Positions 39,902-51,219 are shown, counted from the stretch's first letter. The stretch: DNA of 64,000 nt from Candidatus Bathyarchaeota archaeon (GCA_963733055.1 CAVTBR010000001.1:128001-192000), one strand, 5' to 3'. Notes: generated by a model from the sequence alone, not told the origin. Made by a program: numbers and translations.

Positions 39902-40693
39902 TCACCAGATGACGTCCGGTGGTTTCGCCATTCCGCTTCTTCTTAGAGCTTCAGTGATTGGCACTGCAATCAGGGTCATCAGTACTGCGAAGAGTGGCAT
40001 GTACCACGTGTAGATTCCCCAAGCCATGAGGTAGAGTAACGCGGACGGGTATGCGAATAGTATCCAATATAGCCAGTAGGATGGGGAAATATACCACGCG
40101 TTCATTGCCATCCATGTTCCTATGAAGAGTGCGATTGTTCTTTGCCTTGGGCTAGCGCTCCTGGCCCAATCGTAGATGTATTTCGTGCCGATTGGCGAGA
40201 GAAGTAGGATTATGGGAAGAAGCCAGTAGTACAGGGTAGCAAGGAAGTACGAGCTCGTCGAAATTGGAGCCCATCCTCCACTGACACCTGGGTAGAAGTA
40301 TAGCGCTATGAAGAAAGTTGCTGTCATGAGAATCTGCCAGCCTAGAAAGATCCACTTTGTCTTTGTCTTCTTCATGTTGAATGCTAACGCCACGAAGATA
40401 GCAGGTAACATGACTACGAGTGTGGCGTCAATGATACCTAGCGGAAAGGCTGGTGGTGCGATGAACATGCCGATGATTCCTCCCACGACTGCAGCCGCGA
40501 TCCCTCCAACAGGGCCAAGAAGTAAGGGTGCAATTCCTGCAAGTACAGTTGCCAACGGCCAGAATCCTCCACCCCCAGCGTACGGTAGAACCGGTACAAG
40601 GGACGTAACCCCAATCAAGGCACCGTAAACGGCCACCCACGCGATTGGAGTCCCGAATATGTACAATCGGCCCTTAGCTTTGGATTGCGTCAA
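39902..40693 (-). CDS. Putative ECF substrate-binding S component
   Basis: Polytopic protein with LLGPVGG.AAA.VGG.IG motif, upstream of the ECF ATPase and T genes. Confidence 0.75.
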   Translation of the reverse strand: MTQSKAKGRLYIFGTPIAWVAVYGALIGVTSLVPVLPYAGGGGFWPLATVLAGIAPLLLGPVGGIAAAVVGGIIGMFIAPPAFPLGIIDATLVVMLPAIFVALAFNMKKTKTKWIFLGWQILMTATFFIALYFYPGVSGGWAPISTSSYFLATLYYWLLPIILLLSPIGTKYIYDWARSASPRQRTIALFIGTWMAMNAWYISPSYWLYWILFAYPSALLYLMAWGIYTWYMPLFAVLMTLIAVPITEALRRSGMAKPPDVIW

Positions 40694-40705
40694 TTACACG
40701 ACACC

Positions 40706-40978
40706 TTAACCTTTGACGGCGAAGGATACACCGGATAGCAATAGACCGGCTACGATTAAGCCGGCAGCGAACTCCCAGAATGGCGCAAAGAGACCCAGAG
40801 TAGGATCGGCGGGCCCCCAGAACCAAGCTACGGCTCCACTGTGAGTAGTCCACCAAGCGGGTGATCGTATCATTCGGTTGGCAGCATCTTCAAGATATGG
40901 GACGATGAAGGTGATCACACCAACGAGAAATACTGCGACACCTGAGTATAGCAAGAGGTTTTTTGTAGTTTTAGACAA
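40706..40978 (-). CDS. Small 2-TM membrane protein heading the ECF operon
   Basis: Two hydrophobic helices; 12 nt from the S-component gene. Confidence 0.65.
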   Translation of the reverse strand: MSKTTKNLLLYSGVAVFLVGVITFIVPYLEDAANRMIRSPAWWTTHSGAVAWFWGPADPTLGLFAPFWEFAAGLIVAGLLLSGVSFAVKG

Positions 40979-41264
40979 TTTTCATCGGCGCGCTAGCCTC
41001 GATTAGCGTTCAAAAGCATTGCCCGTGGGAACCAAGCTTGTTCACGAAGCATGTCGTACGATCCAGCCGTGGAGATTATTCCACTTAAGGTAGGTGCACT
41101 GGCAATGTTGAACTGATCAACCACGGCGTACCAGAGATGAGCCAAAAGAATTCAAACGACTTTCGTGGGAAAATTCCCAAAAGTGTGGAGCCACCGAAGA
41201 CATTATGGAAGGGGTCTCGGCAGTCCACTGAATTAGAAGGTCAACTAGCGAGGTAATCGCGTAA

Positions 41265-42464
41265 ATGCCGTTAGATTTTACGTTTACAGAAGAGCAGGAT
41301 CTTTTCCGAAAGGCTATTCGCGAATTCGCGGCTAGAAATGTTGCTCCGAAAGCGAAGGAGCTTCTTAAGGCTAGACTTGTCACGTCTGAGATTCATAGGG
41401 GTTTCAAAGATCTCGGCGTATTCGGATTACTGGTACCTCAGGAATATGGCGGCTCCGCGGCCGATTTTGTAACGTTCCTTATCGCAGTAGAGGAAATGAC
41501 GAAGGGCGACCCTACGGGCTTCGCGGGCCTCCCGATCTGGTACGGAGCCTCATGTGCACGCATTCTAGCGGTGTACGGAAATGCTGCGTTGAAAGACGAG
41601 GTCCTTCCCAAGGTGGCGAAGGAGGGTTGGATGACCCCGCTTCACTCCACAGAACCCAACTGTGGAACCGATTTCACATCGATAACCTCCACCGCCAAGA
41701 AGATTGGGAGCGAATTTGTGGTCAACGGTGAGAAGACATGCCTGAGTTGCGTGCCGGAGGTCATGAAGTATGGAGGAGGGTTCATCACTTCGGTGAAAAC
41801 GAATCCTGAATTGGGGAGCAAGGGAATGAGCCTTCTCTACATTCCATCAGACTCCAAGGGCGTGACTACGTCAAATTACTTGGGTATGGGGATAGATGTC
41901 GGTGGGGTCCGGTACGAGAATGCGCGTGTGCCCGAACGCTACCTAGTCGGCGCCGAAGGGACTGGATATCGGATGACCTATGAATCCTTCGTGCACGCAC
42001 GCGTCCCGACCACGATGAGCATCGTGGCCGCGGCGGAAGCGGCAATCGAGAGAGGCGTTGAATTTCTGAAGCAGAGGAAATCGTTCGGTCGACCCATTGG
42101 GGCGCATGAAGGCGTTCAATTCGAACTTGCTGAGGGGTACGCAAACGTTCAAGCTTCGAAGTTGCTGTGTTACCGCGCCGCGTGGCTCGTAGACGAATAC
42201 CACAAAGGGAAAGTCTCGTTCCAAGAGGCGATGAGTGCTGCCTCAATCGCGAAACTTGTCGCCTCAGAACTCTGTGTTAAGGCCGTCAGTGACGTTCTGG
42301 AATGGTACGGAGGACTGGGAACAACGACAGAATACGACATACAGCAAGTATACAGAACAGTAAGGCAAACCGTAATCGCCGAAGGAACGAAGAACGCCCA
42401 GAAAATCGTGATTGCACTTCAACTCCTCGGCAGAGAATTCGCGTCTTGGAAGGCCAATGAATAG
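41265..42464 (+). CDS. Acyl-CoA dehydrogenase family protein
   Basis: FTEEQ, PQEYGG, TEP..GTD, NGEK, R.SFGRPI...GVQF, IAEGT. Confidence 0.93.
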   Translation: MPLDFTFTEEQDLFRKAIREFAARNVAPKAKELLKARLVTSEIHRGFKDLGVFGLLVPQEYGGSAADFVTFLIAVEEMTKGDPTGFAGLPIWYGASCARILAVYGNAALKDEVLPKVAKEGWMTPLHSTEPNCGTDFTSITSTAKKIGSEFVVNGEKTCLSCVPEVMKYGGGFITSVKTNPELGSKGMSLLYIPSDSKGVTTSNYLGMGIDVGGVRYENARVPERYLVGAEGTGYRMTYESFVHARVPTTMSIVAAAEAAIERGVEFLKQRKSFGRPIGAHEGVQFELAEGYANVQASKLLCYRAAWLVDEYHKGKVSFQEAMSAASIAKLVASELCVKAVSDVLEWYGGLGTTTEYDIQQVYRTVRQTVIAEGTKNAQKIVIALQLLGREFASWKANE

Positions 42465-42516
42465 AACCGGTTTGTGCCGGGGACAGAAAAGTAGATGGAG
42501 CCTTCTTTCTTCTAAA

Positions 42517-43227
42517 TCAGCGTGGGTCAGCGTGTGGGCCGTTTCCAAGTAGAGCTTGCTTTATCTCGTCTTTTGTGAGCACAAGGGCGAACCCGCGCCT
42601 AAGTGTTTTGAGTTCTGCTTCCTGTAACTGTGGGTCATCGGTTGAGTTAACGTCGGATCCAAAGACGACTTTGTATCCGTGGCCGTGAGCTTCGCGGGCT
42701 GTGGTTCCGCAACAGTAGTTCGTCATTGTTCCGCAGATAATTACTGTCTCAACTTTTCGGTTCTTTAGAACGTAATCGAGTGTTGTGCCGGTGAATGAGC
42801 CGTAACTCGGTTTGGCAATCACGACATCCTTTTCATAATCCGGTTTGATCGAAGGGTCTATGCTTTCTTTCTGAAACAATAGTGGCCCGTCGTAGTCATC
42901 AAACTTATCCAACGATGTTACGCCGTCTCGGAAAGCCGGGTTCATGTCTATGTAGGTTGGGTGGAAAACATAGCAAGTGTAGACCACTTGCACTCCACTG
43001 TTGCGGCATGTTTCTATGAGATCTTTGATCTTCGGAAGTTGTTTTGTAGCGTCGGGAACCCAAGAGGGAGTCATGTTTGGTTTGGTGAATTCCTCGAGCA
43101 TGTCGACGACGATAAGTGCGGTGTGCTTAGGATTGATCTTAATGCTGGCTTGTCCCGTCTCATAATCTCGCTTCGCTTTGGAAAGAATGTATTCTTGGGT
43201 GAATTGGCCAGGCTTTCGCTTCTCCAA
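42517..43227 (-). CDS. Isochorismatase-family cysteine hydrolase
   Basis: ALIVVDM, K.SYGSF.GT.L, GTMTNYCC..TAR. Confidence 0.92.
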   Translation of the reverse strand: MEKRKPGQFTQEYILSKAKRDYETGQASIKINPKHTALIVVDMLEEFTKPNMTPSWVPDATKQLPKIKDLIETCRNSGVQVVYTCYVFHPTYIDMNPAFRDGVTSLDKFDDYDGPLLFQKESIDPSIKPDYEKDVVIAKPSYGSFTGTTLDYVLKNRKVETVIICGTMTNYCCGTTAREAHGHGYKVVFGSDVNSTDDPQLQEAELKTLRRGFALVLTKDEIKQALLGNGPHADPR

Positions 43228-43297
43228 ATTTGATTCGGCCTCGTTACTCCTCTAGAATCTTATATCGGTACTCCCGAGTTAGCATCCTCTGCTTTTG

Positions 43298-44455
43298 CTA
43301 CCAGAGCTTGCGTTCGTAATCCGTAAGTGTGGTAATTCCCGTGTCCGTTACTTCTAACGTATCCTCGACAACTGCCGTTCCTAACCCGAGACGAACGATC
43401 ATCGGTTCGTATGCGAATACCATCCCGGGTTCAAAGATGTCTTGGCTTGTTGGTGAGAACATTGGGATTTCACTGAATCCTGTGCCTAGACCATGCCCTG
43501 TCGCCCAAAAATCATTACGCCACCCTTTCGATTCGGCTAACCTCTCACCGATCTGAGCAACCTCTCCTGCGCGCATACCTGGGCGCATTCGATCGATCAA
43601 ATCGTTGTAAATGTCGAGAATCGAATCTAATGCATTTCTCTGTTTCTCATCCCCCTGGCCCATTAACACGGTTCGAGACATGTCGGATAAGTATCCGCTC
43701 AAGATCGCACCCAAATCAATGTAAACCATATCGCCGTCTTGGATTCTTCTCTTCGTCGGATAATCGTGCTTCGTTCCTGCACGGGGCCCTGCTACAACTA
43801 TTGGTTGAAAAGCTAACCGACTAGCACCTTCAACATACATCGCCTTACAGGCTTCAGCTACGACCTTATTCTCAGGTATTCCTACATTCATTGCTTCAAC
43901 TGCTGCACGCATCCCGCAGCTGGTAATGCGAGACGCTTCACGCATCACCTTTAGTTCGTTGACGGTTTTGCGACTCTTCATTTTGAGAAACAAACGTTCG
44001 ACATCAACCACGTTGACTCCAAGTTCGCGAGTCGGAAACGTGTACAAACCAACTGCACCTATCTTTCCCTTGATCATACGAATTGAGGCCTGCACTTCGG
44101 AGAAAAAGGATTGAAAGGACCACCCGGAGATTCTTACTTGGTCAATCCAAGTTCTCCAAATCAACGAGTGCATCGGTTCTCCGTGAAACGCTGAATCGGT
44201 TAGCAAGGTAACAGAGTCGGAGGTTAGCACAACGGCTCCACGGCCCATCATAGGTTCGAAATTTGCGAGATAGGTCAAGTAGCCTAGATCGTTCTGGTCC
44301 CCAAATACCACGAGCCCCTCAAGATTTTGCTCTTCCATTAATCGCCTAGCGCTGGCGACCCTTTGTTCATATTCCGTTATGGGAAACGGTAAATCAACGT
44401 ACTCCGTTCGTGTCGGACCATCAAATGGTACTCTTGGCTTCACGAGATGCATCAT
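43298..44455 (-). CDS. M24 (Xaa-Pro peptidase/creatinase fold) hydrolase
   Basis: DLG..GYLSD.SRT, GHGLG, YEP, EDT. Confidence 0.9.
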   Translation of the reverse strand: MMHLVKPRVPFDGPTRTEYVDLPFPITEYEQRVASARRLMEEQNLEGLVVFGDQNDLGYLTYLANFEPMMGRGAVVLTSDSVTLLTDSAFHGEPMHSLIWRTWIDQVRISGWSFQSFFSEVQASIRMIKGKIGAVGLYTFPTRELGVNVVDVERLFLKMKSRKTVNELKVMREASRITSCGMRAAVEAMNVGIPENKVVAEACKAMYVEGASRLAFQPIVVAGPRAGTKHDYPTKRRIQDGDMVYIDLGAILSGYLSDMSRTVLMGQGDEKQRNALDSILDIYNDLIDRMRPGMRAGEVAQIGERLAESKGWRNDFWATGHGLGTGFSEIPMFSPTSQDIFEPGMVFAYEPMIVRLGLGTAVVEDTLEVTDTGITTLTDYERKLW

Positions 44456-44608
44456 TCCCTAGATCACCCTTGAACGAAACTCCTACTCGCCCTAACCCAG
44501 TTAACACTTACAGTTTGTGGCAGGGAGTGGCGACTGGACCTATCGGTTATTCTGAAAATTCGATATTCATTAATAGTGAGTAATACCGCTGTGAGTCGGG
44601 TTGTTTGA

Positions 44609-45596
44609 TTGAAGCCGAAGTTCGGAATTGTTCTTCCCACCCGTGGAATGCTTTTCGCGAAGACGAGTGCACGGAAGGACATCGTTGAACTCAGCAAGCT
44701 GGTTGAAGAGTATGGGTATGATGCCGTTTGGGCCGGAGATAGCGTTCTCGCGAAACCGCAGGTTGGACTCAATCAGTGTGCTGTCCGCAGTAGCTGGAGC
44801 CACGGAAAGAGTCAAGCTAGGGACGGCTTGCTTTGCAAGTTTTCCACTACGTAATCCCATCATTCTCGCTTACCAATGGGCGACGCTCGATGTTTTGTCC
44901 GAGGGGCGAAGCCTGCTCGTCGTATGCCAGGGCACCCCAACCCAGCATGGTAAGATCTACCGGAACGAATTCGACGCCATAGGCGTACCACCCAAGGAAA
45001 AAATGAAAAGAAGTGAAGAAGCATTGGAGATTCTGAGAAAGCTTTGGGAATCGGATAACGTGAGTTACAACGGTGAGATTTTCAAATTCAAAGACGTCAC
45101 GATGTTACCTAAACCCGTCCAGAAACCGTGCCCGATTTGGATAGCATCTAACCCACGCTCCACGGGAGAACTAGAAGGCCCACCCGGAGAGATCGAGAGG
45201 AATTTCGATCGAGTCGGGAAATACGCAGACGGATGGATGACCACGATGGTTGACCCTGAAGAGTTTAGAGAAGATGCTGAAAGGGTCAGGGAGGCTTTGC
45301 GAAAACACCACCGAGAAAGTAACCAGTTCGGTATGTGTCTCTACTACAACGTAAACATGAACAAAGACAAACAAACAGCCGCTGCCGAGTCAAGCGACTT
45401 CCTAATGAAATACTACCGAGAAGACCCCTCAGGAATTCTAGATAAGTGGGTCGCGTACGGGAACCAGAAAGATTGCATCGACAAATTAGAAGGATTTGTG
45501 AAAGCAGGAGTAGACACGTTTTCAATCCGGTTTGTTGCCTGGGACCAGATTGAGCAGCTAAAGAGGTTTAGCGAAGAAGTTCTCCCGAACTTCTGA
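44609..45596 (+). CDS. LLM-class flavin/F420-dependent oxidoreductase; +1 frameshift near 44759
   Basis: FGIVLP..VWAGDS.LAKP/RLDS..LSAVA.AT..VKLGT..LDVLSEGR..PKPVQ.P.PIW. Confidence 0.88.
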
Positions 45597-45608
45597 ACCT
45601 TACTCTCT

Positions 45609-45806
45609 CTATCCCATGGTCCACATGAAGCCTCCCTCCCCCGGCTTTCTTGATATACGACCTAGACGGTAGAGCTTCATTGCGGTCTCGTAGACTTCAA
45701 CCCCACTCTTGCAATCGCGACAAATCCTCTCGAACTCTGGAGTTGAAGCAAGCTCGATGATTCGTTTGGTTGACGCTGAGCTTTCCTTGCGGAGGATACT
45801 CAGCAC
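45609..45806 (-). CDS. Small hypothetical protein (wHTH-like, CxxC)
   Basis: 65-aa ORF directly downstream of the M24 gene; start codon uncertain. Confidence 0.5.
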   Translation of the reverse strand: MLSILRKESSASTKRIIELASTPEFERICRDCKSGVEVYETAMKLYRLGRISRKPGEGGFMWTMG

Positions 45807-45993
45807 GCAGAGTTCACGGTCATTAGTATCACTCGTCGAACCGAGACCCCCTCAGATCTTACACACGAATTAGTTTATTGAAGATATCCTGTGAACGCCC
45901 AATGAAATTCGAATCCGTAGAAAGCCACTAGCCGTTGCGATTCGTCTCGGTTTCTTCTGAAACTTCTGAAAGTTATCTTCCGCTTCACGTTGA

Positions 45994-47136
45994 CTAGTCC
46001 CAGAAGACCGGAAGCTTCGTCATGACCTCCGGCTTCTTCCCTTTTACGATTACTTCGTTCTCTATCGAAGCGAATTTCCCTTTCCACCGAACGTCGGGTT
46101 CAATGCAGAGCACCATGTTCTCTCTGAGCTTCCCGGAGACTCCAGGAAACAGATACGGGTTCTCGACGATCTCAAGACCAATACCATGTCCGAAAGGAGA
46201 CACCTTGAACCCGTCTCGGTTGAATTTCTGCAGCGCCAATATTGAAGACTCAACCTCACCTTGGTCAACCAATTTTTCAGTCATCGCTTCCGTTGCTTGA
46301 CCAGCCACCTCAATGAGTCTCCGCTGTTGTCTGTTGGGTCGTCCTGCGCATCCGATTCTTAGTATGTCGAACCCATATTTCCCAACCCAACCCACGAAGT
46401 CTATAGAGACTAGTTCTCCTCGTCGAACCTTTCTTGAGGACGCAAAAGGCCATCTTAGTCGTCCCATTTCGCGGCCTGACTGGACCCTGTCCCGCACGAC
46501 ATAATCAGCCCCCGCCTCCATCGCAACCGCTCTGGCGAGGCTACCTATTGCACTCTCCCTCATACCGGGTTTGATTCTTTCAATCGCGGCACCCAGAGCT
46601 TTGTCAGCTATCTTCGATGCTTGCTTCATAAGGCGAAGCTCGTTTTCGCTCTTGATCATCCTGAGCTCTGTCAGCAGGCTGTCGTCGTATTCGAATCTGA
46701 TTTCCGGAAATTCATGTCTCATCTCGTCGAGGTAGATCGCGGGTATGACATCTCCCCCGGCAACAGCCAACTTAGTGCTATTCAATGCACTCTCCCTGAT
46801 CACGTCCGCTAAGTCGTGCGCGAAGTTCGTCCCTGTCCTACTCCGCTCTACGCCAACAACAGCATCAGTTTGAAATCCGAGAGGTGCGACGAGTGTAGCT
46901 TCACCTCCAGTGGGGACTAGGAGTGCACTGTACCCTAAGCCTGAGACCTGATCTGTCTTGGGGCTGTAGGGGAATGCATTCTTATGCCCACATAGGTAGC
47001 AAACATTTCCATCCCGTTCAGCATAACCTGAGAACGCCAACAATCCACCGTAACCACTCGTACGTAGTTGCTGACGAGTCGTATCCAACCTCGTCTGATA
47101 CTCTCGCTGAGGCAACGAGAAAATTCGACCTGACAA
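45994..47136 (-). CDS. M24 family hydrolase (second paralog)
   Basis: R.IKSENE, IDF..Y.FD, GHGIG.EIVE.P, IEP, IEN. Confidence 0.9.
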   Translation of the reverse strand: MSGRIFSLPQREYQTRLDTTRQQLRTSGYGGLLAFSGYAERDGNVCYLCGHKNAFPYSPKTDQVSGLGYSALLVPTGGEATLVAPLGFQTDAVVGVERSRTGTNFAHDLADVIRESALNSTKLAVAGGDVIPAIYLDEMRHEFPEIRFEYDDSLLTELRMIKSENELRLMKQASKIADKALGAAIERIKPGMRESAIGSLARAVAMEAGADYVVRDRVQSGREMGRLRWPFASSRKVRRGELVSIDFVGWVGKYGFDILRIGCAGRPNRQQRRLIEVAGQATEAMTEKLVDQGEVESSILALQKFNRDGFKVSPFGHGIGLEIVENPYLFPGVSGKLRENMVLCIEPDVRWKGKFASIENEVIVKGKKPEVMTKLPVFWD

Positions 47137-47251
47137 CTTCTATCCTCCATAGAGGCCATCATTCGAATCTATTATGGTTGTGAAATGTTCCGGATTCAAC
47201 CATGTCAATTGTTAAATCGGCCGCAGAATGACATTGCGGGCGTGCCCTGAG

Positions 47252-47656
47252 ATGACGAAGCAGGAAATTGAAGCCACGGTTAGAGCGATTTACGACGCCT
47301 TTGAAACACTAAGTGCCGAGAAGCTTGATGAGAATTTCTCCCATACAGACGAACTTACAGCGTTCGGCACTGACGATGATGAGTCCTTCTATGGCTGGAA
47401 AGCGTACAAGACCGTTCATGAAACTCAATTTAGGGCGGTGAAGAGTTTTCGGTTCACGTCTACAGACATGAGGGCGTTTGAGCACGGAGACACGGCATGG
47501 TTCTCTGACCGAGCCCAGTGGCAAATAGAAACAAAAGGCGGGGAAAAGGTTGACACGACAGTCAGAATTACGGGCGTTTTGCTAAGGAAGAACGGCAAAT
47601 GGGGAATCGTTCAGTGGCACGTATCGCAAGGCGTCAAACGGCTGCACGAATACTAA
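47252..47656 (+). CDS. SnoaL/NTF2-like protein
   Basis: FGTD..E...GW, GDTAW, RITGVL...NGKW.IVQWHVS. Confidence 0.85.
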   Translation: MTKQEIEATVRAIYDAFETLSAEKLDENFSHTDELTAFGTDDDESFYGWKAYKTVHETQFRAVKSFRFTSTDMRAFEHGDTAWFSDRAQWQIETKGGEKVDTTVRITGVLLRKNGKWGIVQWHVSQGVKRLHEY

Positions 47657-47731
47657 TCATGGAATACTTGTGGGAAACGGGGGCTGTGGTTTTGAGAATC
47701 CTGTGACGCTTTCCGAACCCTTCGACTTGGA

Positions 47732-49351
47732 TTATTCTGGTGGAATCTGTTTCTGTAATAGGTTTAAGTCGATTCCCTGACTGCGGCGTATGCCCCAAAC
47801 TACTGCGTATATGATCGCTCCGACTAAGAATGTGGGAATTATTCCAGTCAAGAAGACGGACTCGACGTTGCCGATAGCGGGCAAGAGTATAGCATAGACA
47901 GTATAGAGGGATACGATGACACCCAGTACGCCCATGATGGAGATAAGCGGAATCCCTGCTATCTTCTTTTGGCTCATTGGGTGGGCGGATTCGAAGATGT
48001 CTTTTCGGTTGAAGGGGTAGGCGATCGCTGCGACCGATACTATGAGGAAGACTATGAACGTCCCGGCGGTGCCGTAAGTGAATAGGGTAGCGAGTAGGCC
48101 GTATTGGAATATGGTTATGTAGGTAAAGAGTAGGCCGACAGCTGTCATTATCGCGATCGCGTAGACGGGAGTTCTAGTGCGGGGATTGATAGTGGCGAAG
48201 ACGCTCGGGGCCAGGCGGTCGAATGACCACGCAAAAAGGTTTCTGCTGAGGGTGAAGAATATCGAGATGTTCATGACCTCGGCGGTGAGGCCGAAGCTCA
48301 ACGTGAAAATTGCAATTAGCACTTGGTTCTGTGTCCAGAACATCGCAAGCCCCGACGCAAGAGGAGGAGTTGGCGCGAGGTACGGATAGGAAGAAGATCC
48401 TGAGATCCATAGCGCAGCCATCGAGTTCACGAATGACGGACCCTCGCCAAAATATTCCACGGCAATCATCGCTGTCACGAAGGCAGCAAATATCACCACC
48501 CCCCCTAGCTGGGCGATGATCTGTGTTCTGTGATTTCGCTTAGTCTCTCCAGCAAAATACGCAGAAGAATTGAACCCCAGGTACCCTAACAGCCCTAGAG
48601 CCGCTGCTGATACTGAAGCAGATGAGAGTAGTGGCGGGACACCGTTGTACGCTCCACTCTGTTGCCCTGCGCTAACAATCTGATCATAAGTCATGTTGGA
48701 ACCTGAGAGCGAGTTGAAGTTCTGAGCAAAAACGGAACTACCCGCCGAAACCACGGTTGCAATGAAGATAACTCCAATTATGACCGACAGGACGGTCCAA
48801 TACTTCACCGTCCTAGCGGCTAACCGAGTACTTGCAATGACGATGAGGCCCGCGATAATTATGAAGACCGCAGATATCCAGAACGTTAAGGTGGGGTCTT
48901 GAAGGGAACTTGCAATGCTAAGATACCCTGGGTTCTTATCGAGAATTCCCAAATCGTAGAACAGTTGAGCAATTGACCATTGCCCGATCCAAGGAGCGAC
49001 TGCTCCTATTACGGATATGCTCAGTATGGTAAATGCAAAATTGGCTATGAAGCCTATGCTTGGATGAAACACTCTTCCTACCCAAACGTAGTCTCCACCG
49101 CTTCGCGGTATCGCAATAGAGAACAAAACGTACATCGCCGTAATGGGGAGTATCAGAAGCAATCCAATGAAGGGACCAAGTAGCGGATTCGCCGTGGGAT
49201 AGAACGCTGGTGTGAATGCAACCACGTTGAACACGTAAAGTAGCCCCATCTGGGTTACGCACATTCCAAGCGCGTCCATTCCGGAAAGCTGCTTGACGAG
49301 GCCGGTTGCGTCTCTCACGAAAACTGTCTTACGAGGTTTCGAATCGGACAT
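47732..49351 (-). CDS. APC-family amino acid permease
   Basis: FVRDATGLVK, PRSGGDYVW, FAWSFDR..P, C-terminal IPPE. Confidence 0.93.
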   Translation of the reverse strand: MSDSKPRKTVFVRDATGLVKQLSGMDALGMCVTQMGLLYVFNVVAFTPAFYPTANPLLGPFIGLLLILPITAMYVLFSIAIPRSGGDYVWVGRVFHPSIGFIANFAFTILSISVIGAVAPWIGQWSIAQLFYDLGILDKNPGYLSIASSLQDPTLTFWISAVFIIIAGLIVIASTRLAARTVKYWTVLSVIIGVIFIATVVSAGSSVFAQNFNSLSGSNMTYDQIVSAGQQSGAYNGVPPLLSSASVSAAALGLLGYLGFNSSAYFAGETKRNHRTQIIAQLGGVVIFAAFVTAMIAVEYFGEGPSFVNSMAALWISGSSSYPYLAPTPPLASGLAMFWTQNQVLIAIFTLSFGLTAEVMNISIFFTLSRNLFAWSFDRLAPSVFATINPRTRTPVYAIAIMTAVGLLFTYITIFQYGLLATLFTYGTAGTFIVFLIVSVAAIAYPFNRKDIFESAHPMSQKKIAGIPLISIMGVLGVIVSLYTVYAILLPAIGNVESVFLTGIIPTFLVGAIIYAVVWGIRRSQGIDLNLLQKQIPPE

Positions 49352-49522
49352 GGTAGAGCCAGAACGTCAAACCATGTTAATATGTCTTAGCAACTTGCGA
49401 GTGCAACAACCCTTGTCCTAAGGTGGATAAGTGAAGGTGCAGCAGTAGGTGTGGTAGTCCTGGAAGGACGACTGCGGGGTTTTTCTTTACCCGGCCACGG
49501 TACAACGGTGGGCGGTAGCGGC

Positions 49523-51193
49523 TTGTCCTACGATGTACGGTTTGAGTTTGGAATAAAACAGGAAATGCGCGATGGAACGAAGCTCTCCTCCGACATATAC
49601 CGACCCGACGCCAAAGGAAAATTTCCGGCCATTATTACCCGATCACCATACATGACCGTAGAAGGGTTCCAAAAGCGCTTCTCCGAAGAAGCAAAATTCT
49701 TCGCAAGACAAGGTTACGTATTTGTTATCCAAGACTGCCGAGGGAAGAACGATTCTGAAGGAATATTCCACCCATTCTTTGATGATCCAACCGACGGATT
49801 CGACGCCCTGAGCTGGTGCGCGAAGCAAGAGTGGTCAAATGGCGAACTGGGCACGATCGGAGCATCATACCAGGCATGGAACCAATGGGCCACAGCAACT
49901 CTAAACCCTCCCAATCTCCGAGCCATGGTATCGATAGTAGCTTTACCAGATCCGGTCCTGAACGTCCCTTTTCAAAATGGCGCGTTAGTCTTGTGGATGG
50001 CTGAATGGATGGCGATGGTTGACGGAAAGAAGAACACTGATCCATCAATATACGATTCTATGAAGCTGTATAATCACTTGCCACTCAGGACAATGGATGA
50101 GGCATTTGGGAGAAAAGAATCATCAATCTGGCAAAATTGGATAAACCATCCTGCCGCAGACGACTACTGGAAAGCTTCATTCTATCAGGACGAATTTAGT
50201 CAAATTGACGTCCCAGCCCTACATGTTTCGGGATGGTATGACGACGACGTCATAGGCACCCACATCAATTACACCGGCATGAGAAAATCCGGCAAGTCAG
50301 AACATGCAAGAATTAACCAGAAGTTGATAATTGGTCCGTGGCAACACCACGTAAACGCGACTAGGCAACTAGGGACAATCGATTTTGGACAATCATCACT
50401 GATAGACTTACGAAAGGTAGAGCTAGAATGGTTTGACTACTGGCTCAAAGGGAAAGAAACCGGGATAATGAAACAGCCCAAAGTCGACATCTTCACAATG
50501 GGCAAGAACATATGGAGAAGGACGGATTCGTGGCCTCTCGAAAAAACTGAGTACGTGAAATACTTTATTCATAGCAACGGTAAGGCGAACACCTCTGCAG
50601 GAGACGGCAAACTCTCTACAGCCAAACCGAACATAGAAGAGCCCTACGACTCTTATACTTACGACCCAGCCGACCCGTCTCCAAACATATACGACACCTC
50701 CACAATGGCTGCAGAGGGCCCCTACGATCAACGACCAATCGAGAGACGCAATGACATACTCGTGTACTCCACTTCTGCCTTAGATGATGACTTAGACATT
50801 ACCGGTCCGGTGAGCGTCAAGCTTTTCGCCTCTACTTCTGCACGTGACACCGATTTTTGGGTGCAACTTGTTGACGTTTTCCCGAATGGGTATTCGATGC
50901 ACTTGACCGAGGGAATCATCAGGGCTAGATACCGTAACTCACTTGAAAAACAAGAGCTTCTGGAGCCGGAGAAGATCTATGAGTTTGATATCGATTTATG
51001 GGTCACGAGCAACGTCTTTCAACGAGGTCACCGGGTGAGGGTCGATATTTCGAGCAGCTCTTTTCCAAAATACGACCGCAATCCAAACACAGGCAATCAA
51101 TTTGGCACTGACACGACGCTGAAGGTTGCTGACCAAAGAATCTACCATAACGAAAAGCATCCGTCCCATATTCTCCTCCCCATCATCGCTTAG
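49523..51193 (+). CDS. CocE/NonD (S15) family serine hydrolase
   Basis: MRDG..L..DIY.P, RSPY, QDCRG..SEG, GASY, GWYD, GPW.H; likely TTG start at 49523. Confidence 0.93.
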   Translation: MSYDVRFEFGIKQEMRDGTKLSSDIYRPDAKGKFPAIITRSPYMTVEGFQKRFSEEAKFFARQGYVFVIQDCRGKNDSEGIFHPFFDDPTDGFDALSWCAKQEWSNGELGTIGASYQAWNQWATATLNPPNLRAMVSIVALPDPVLNVPFQNGALVLWMAEWMAMVDGKKNTDPSIYDSMKLYNHLPLRTMDEAFGRKESSIWQNWINHPAADDYWKASFYQDEFSQIDVPALHVSGWYDDDVIGTHINYTGMRKSGKSEHARINQKLIIGPWQHHVNATRQLGTIDFGQSSLIDLRKVELEWFDYWLKGKETGIMKQPKVDIFTMGKNIWRRTDSWPLEKTEYVKYFIHSNGKANTSAGDGKLSTAKPNIEEPYDSYTYDPADPSPNIYDTSTMAAEGPYDQRPIERRNDILVYSTSALDDDLDITGPVSVKLFASTSARDTDFWVQLVDVFPNGYSMHLTEGIIRARYRNSLEKQELLEPEKIYEFDIDLWVTSNVFQRGHRVRVDISSSSFPKYDRNPNTGNQFGTDTTLKVADQRIYHNEKHPSHILLPIIA

Positions 51194-51219
51194 CCCACTC
51201 CAACGAACGTGAACCGTGT

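Noticed and set aside
40980-41090. Riboswitch in the ~80-nt ECF operon leader
   Set aside because: Only short stems; no TPP, FMN or cobalamin consensus recognisable by eye
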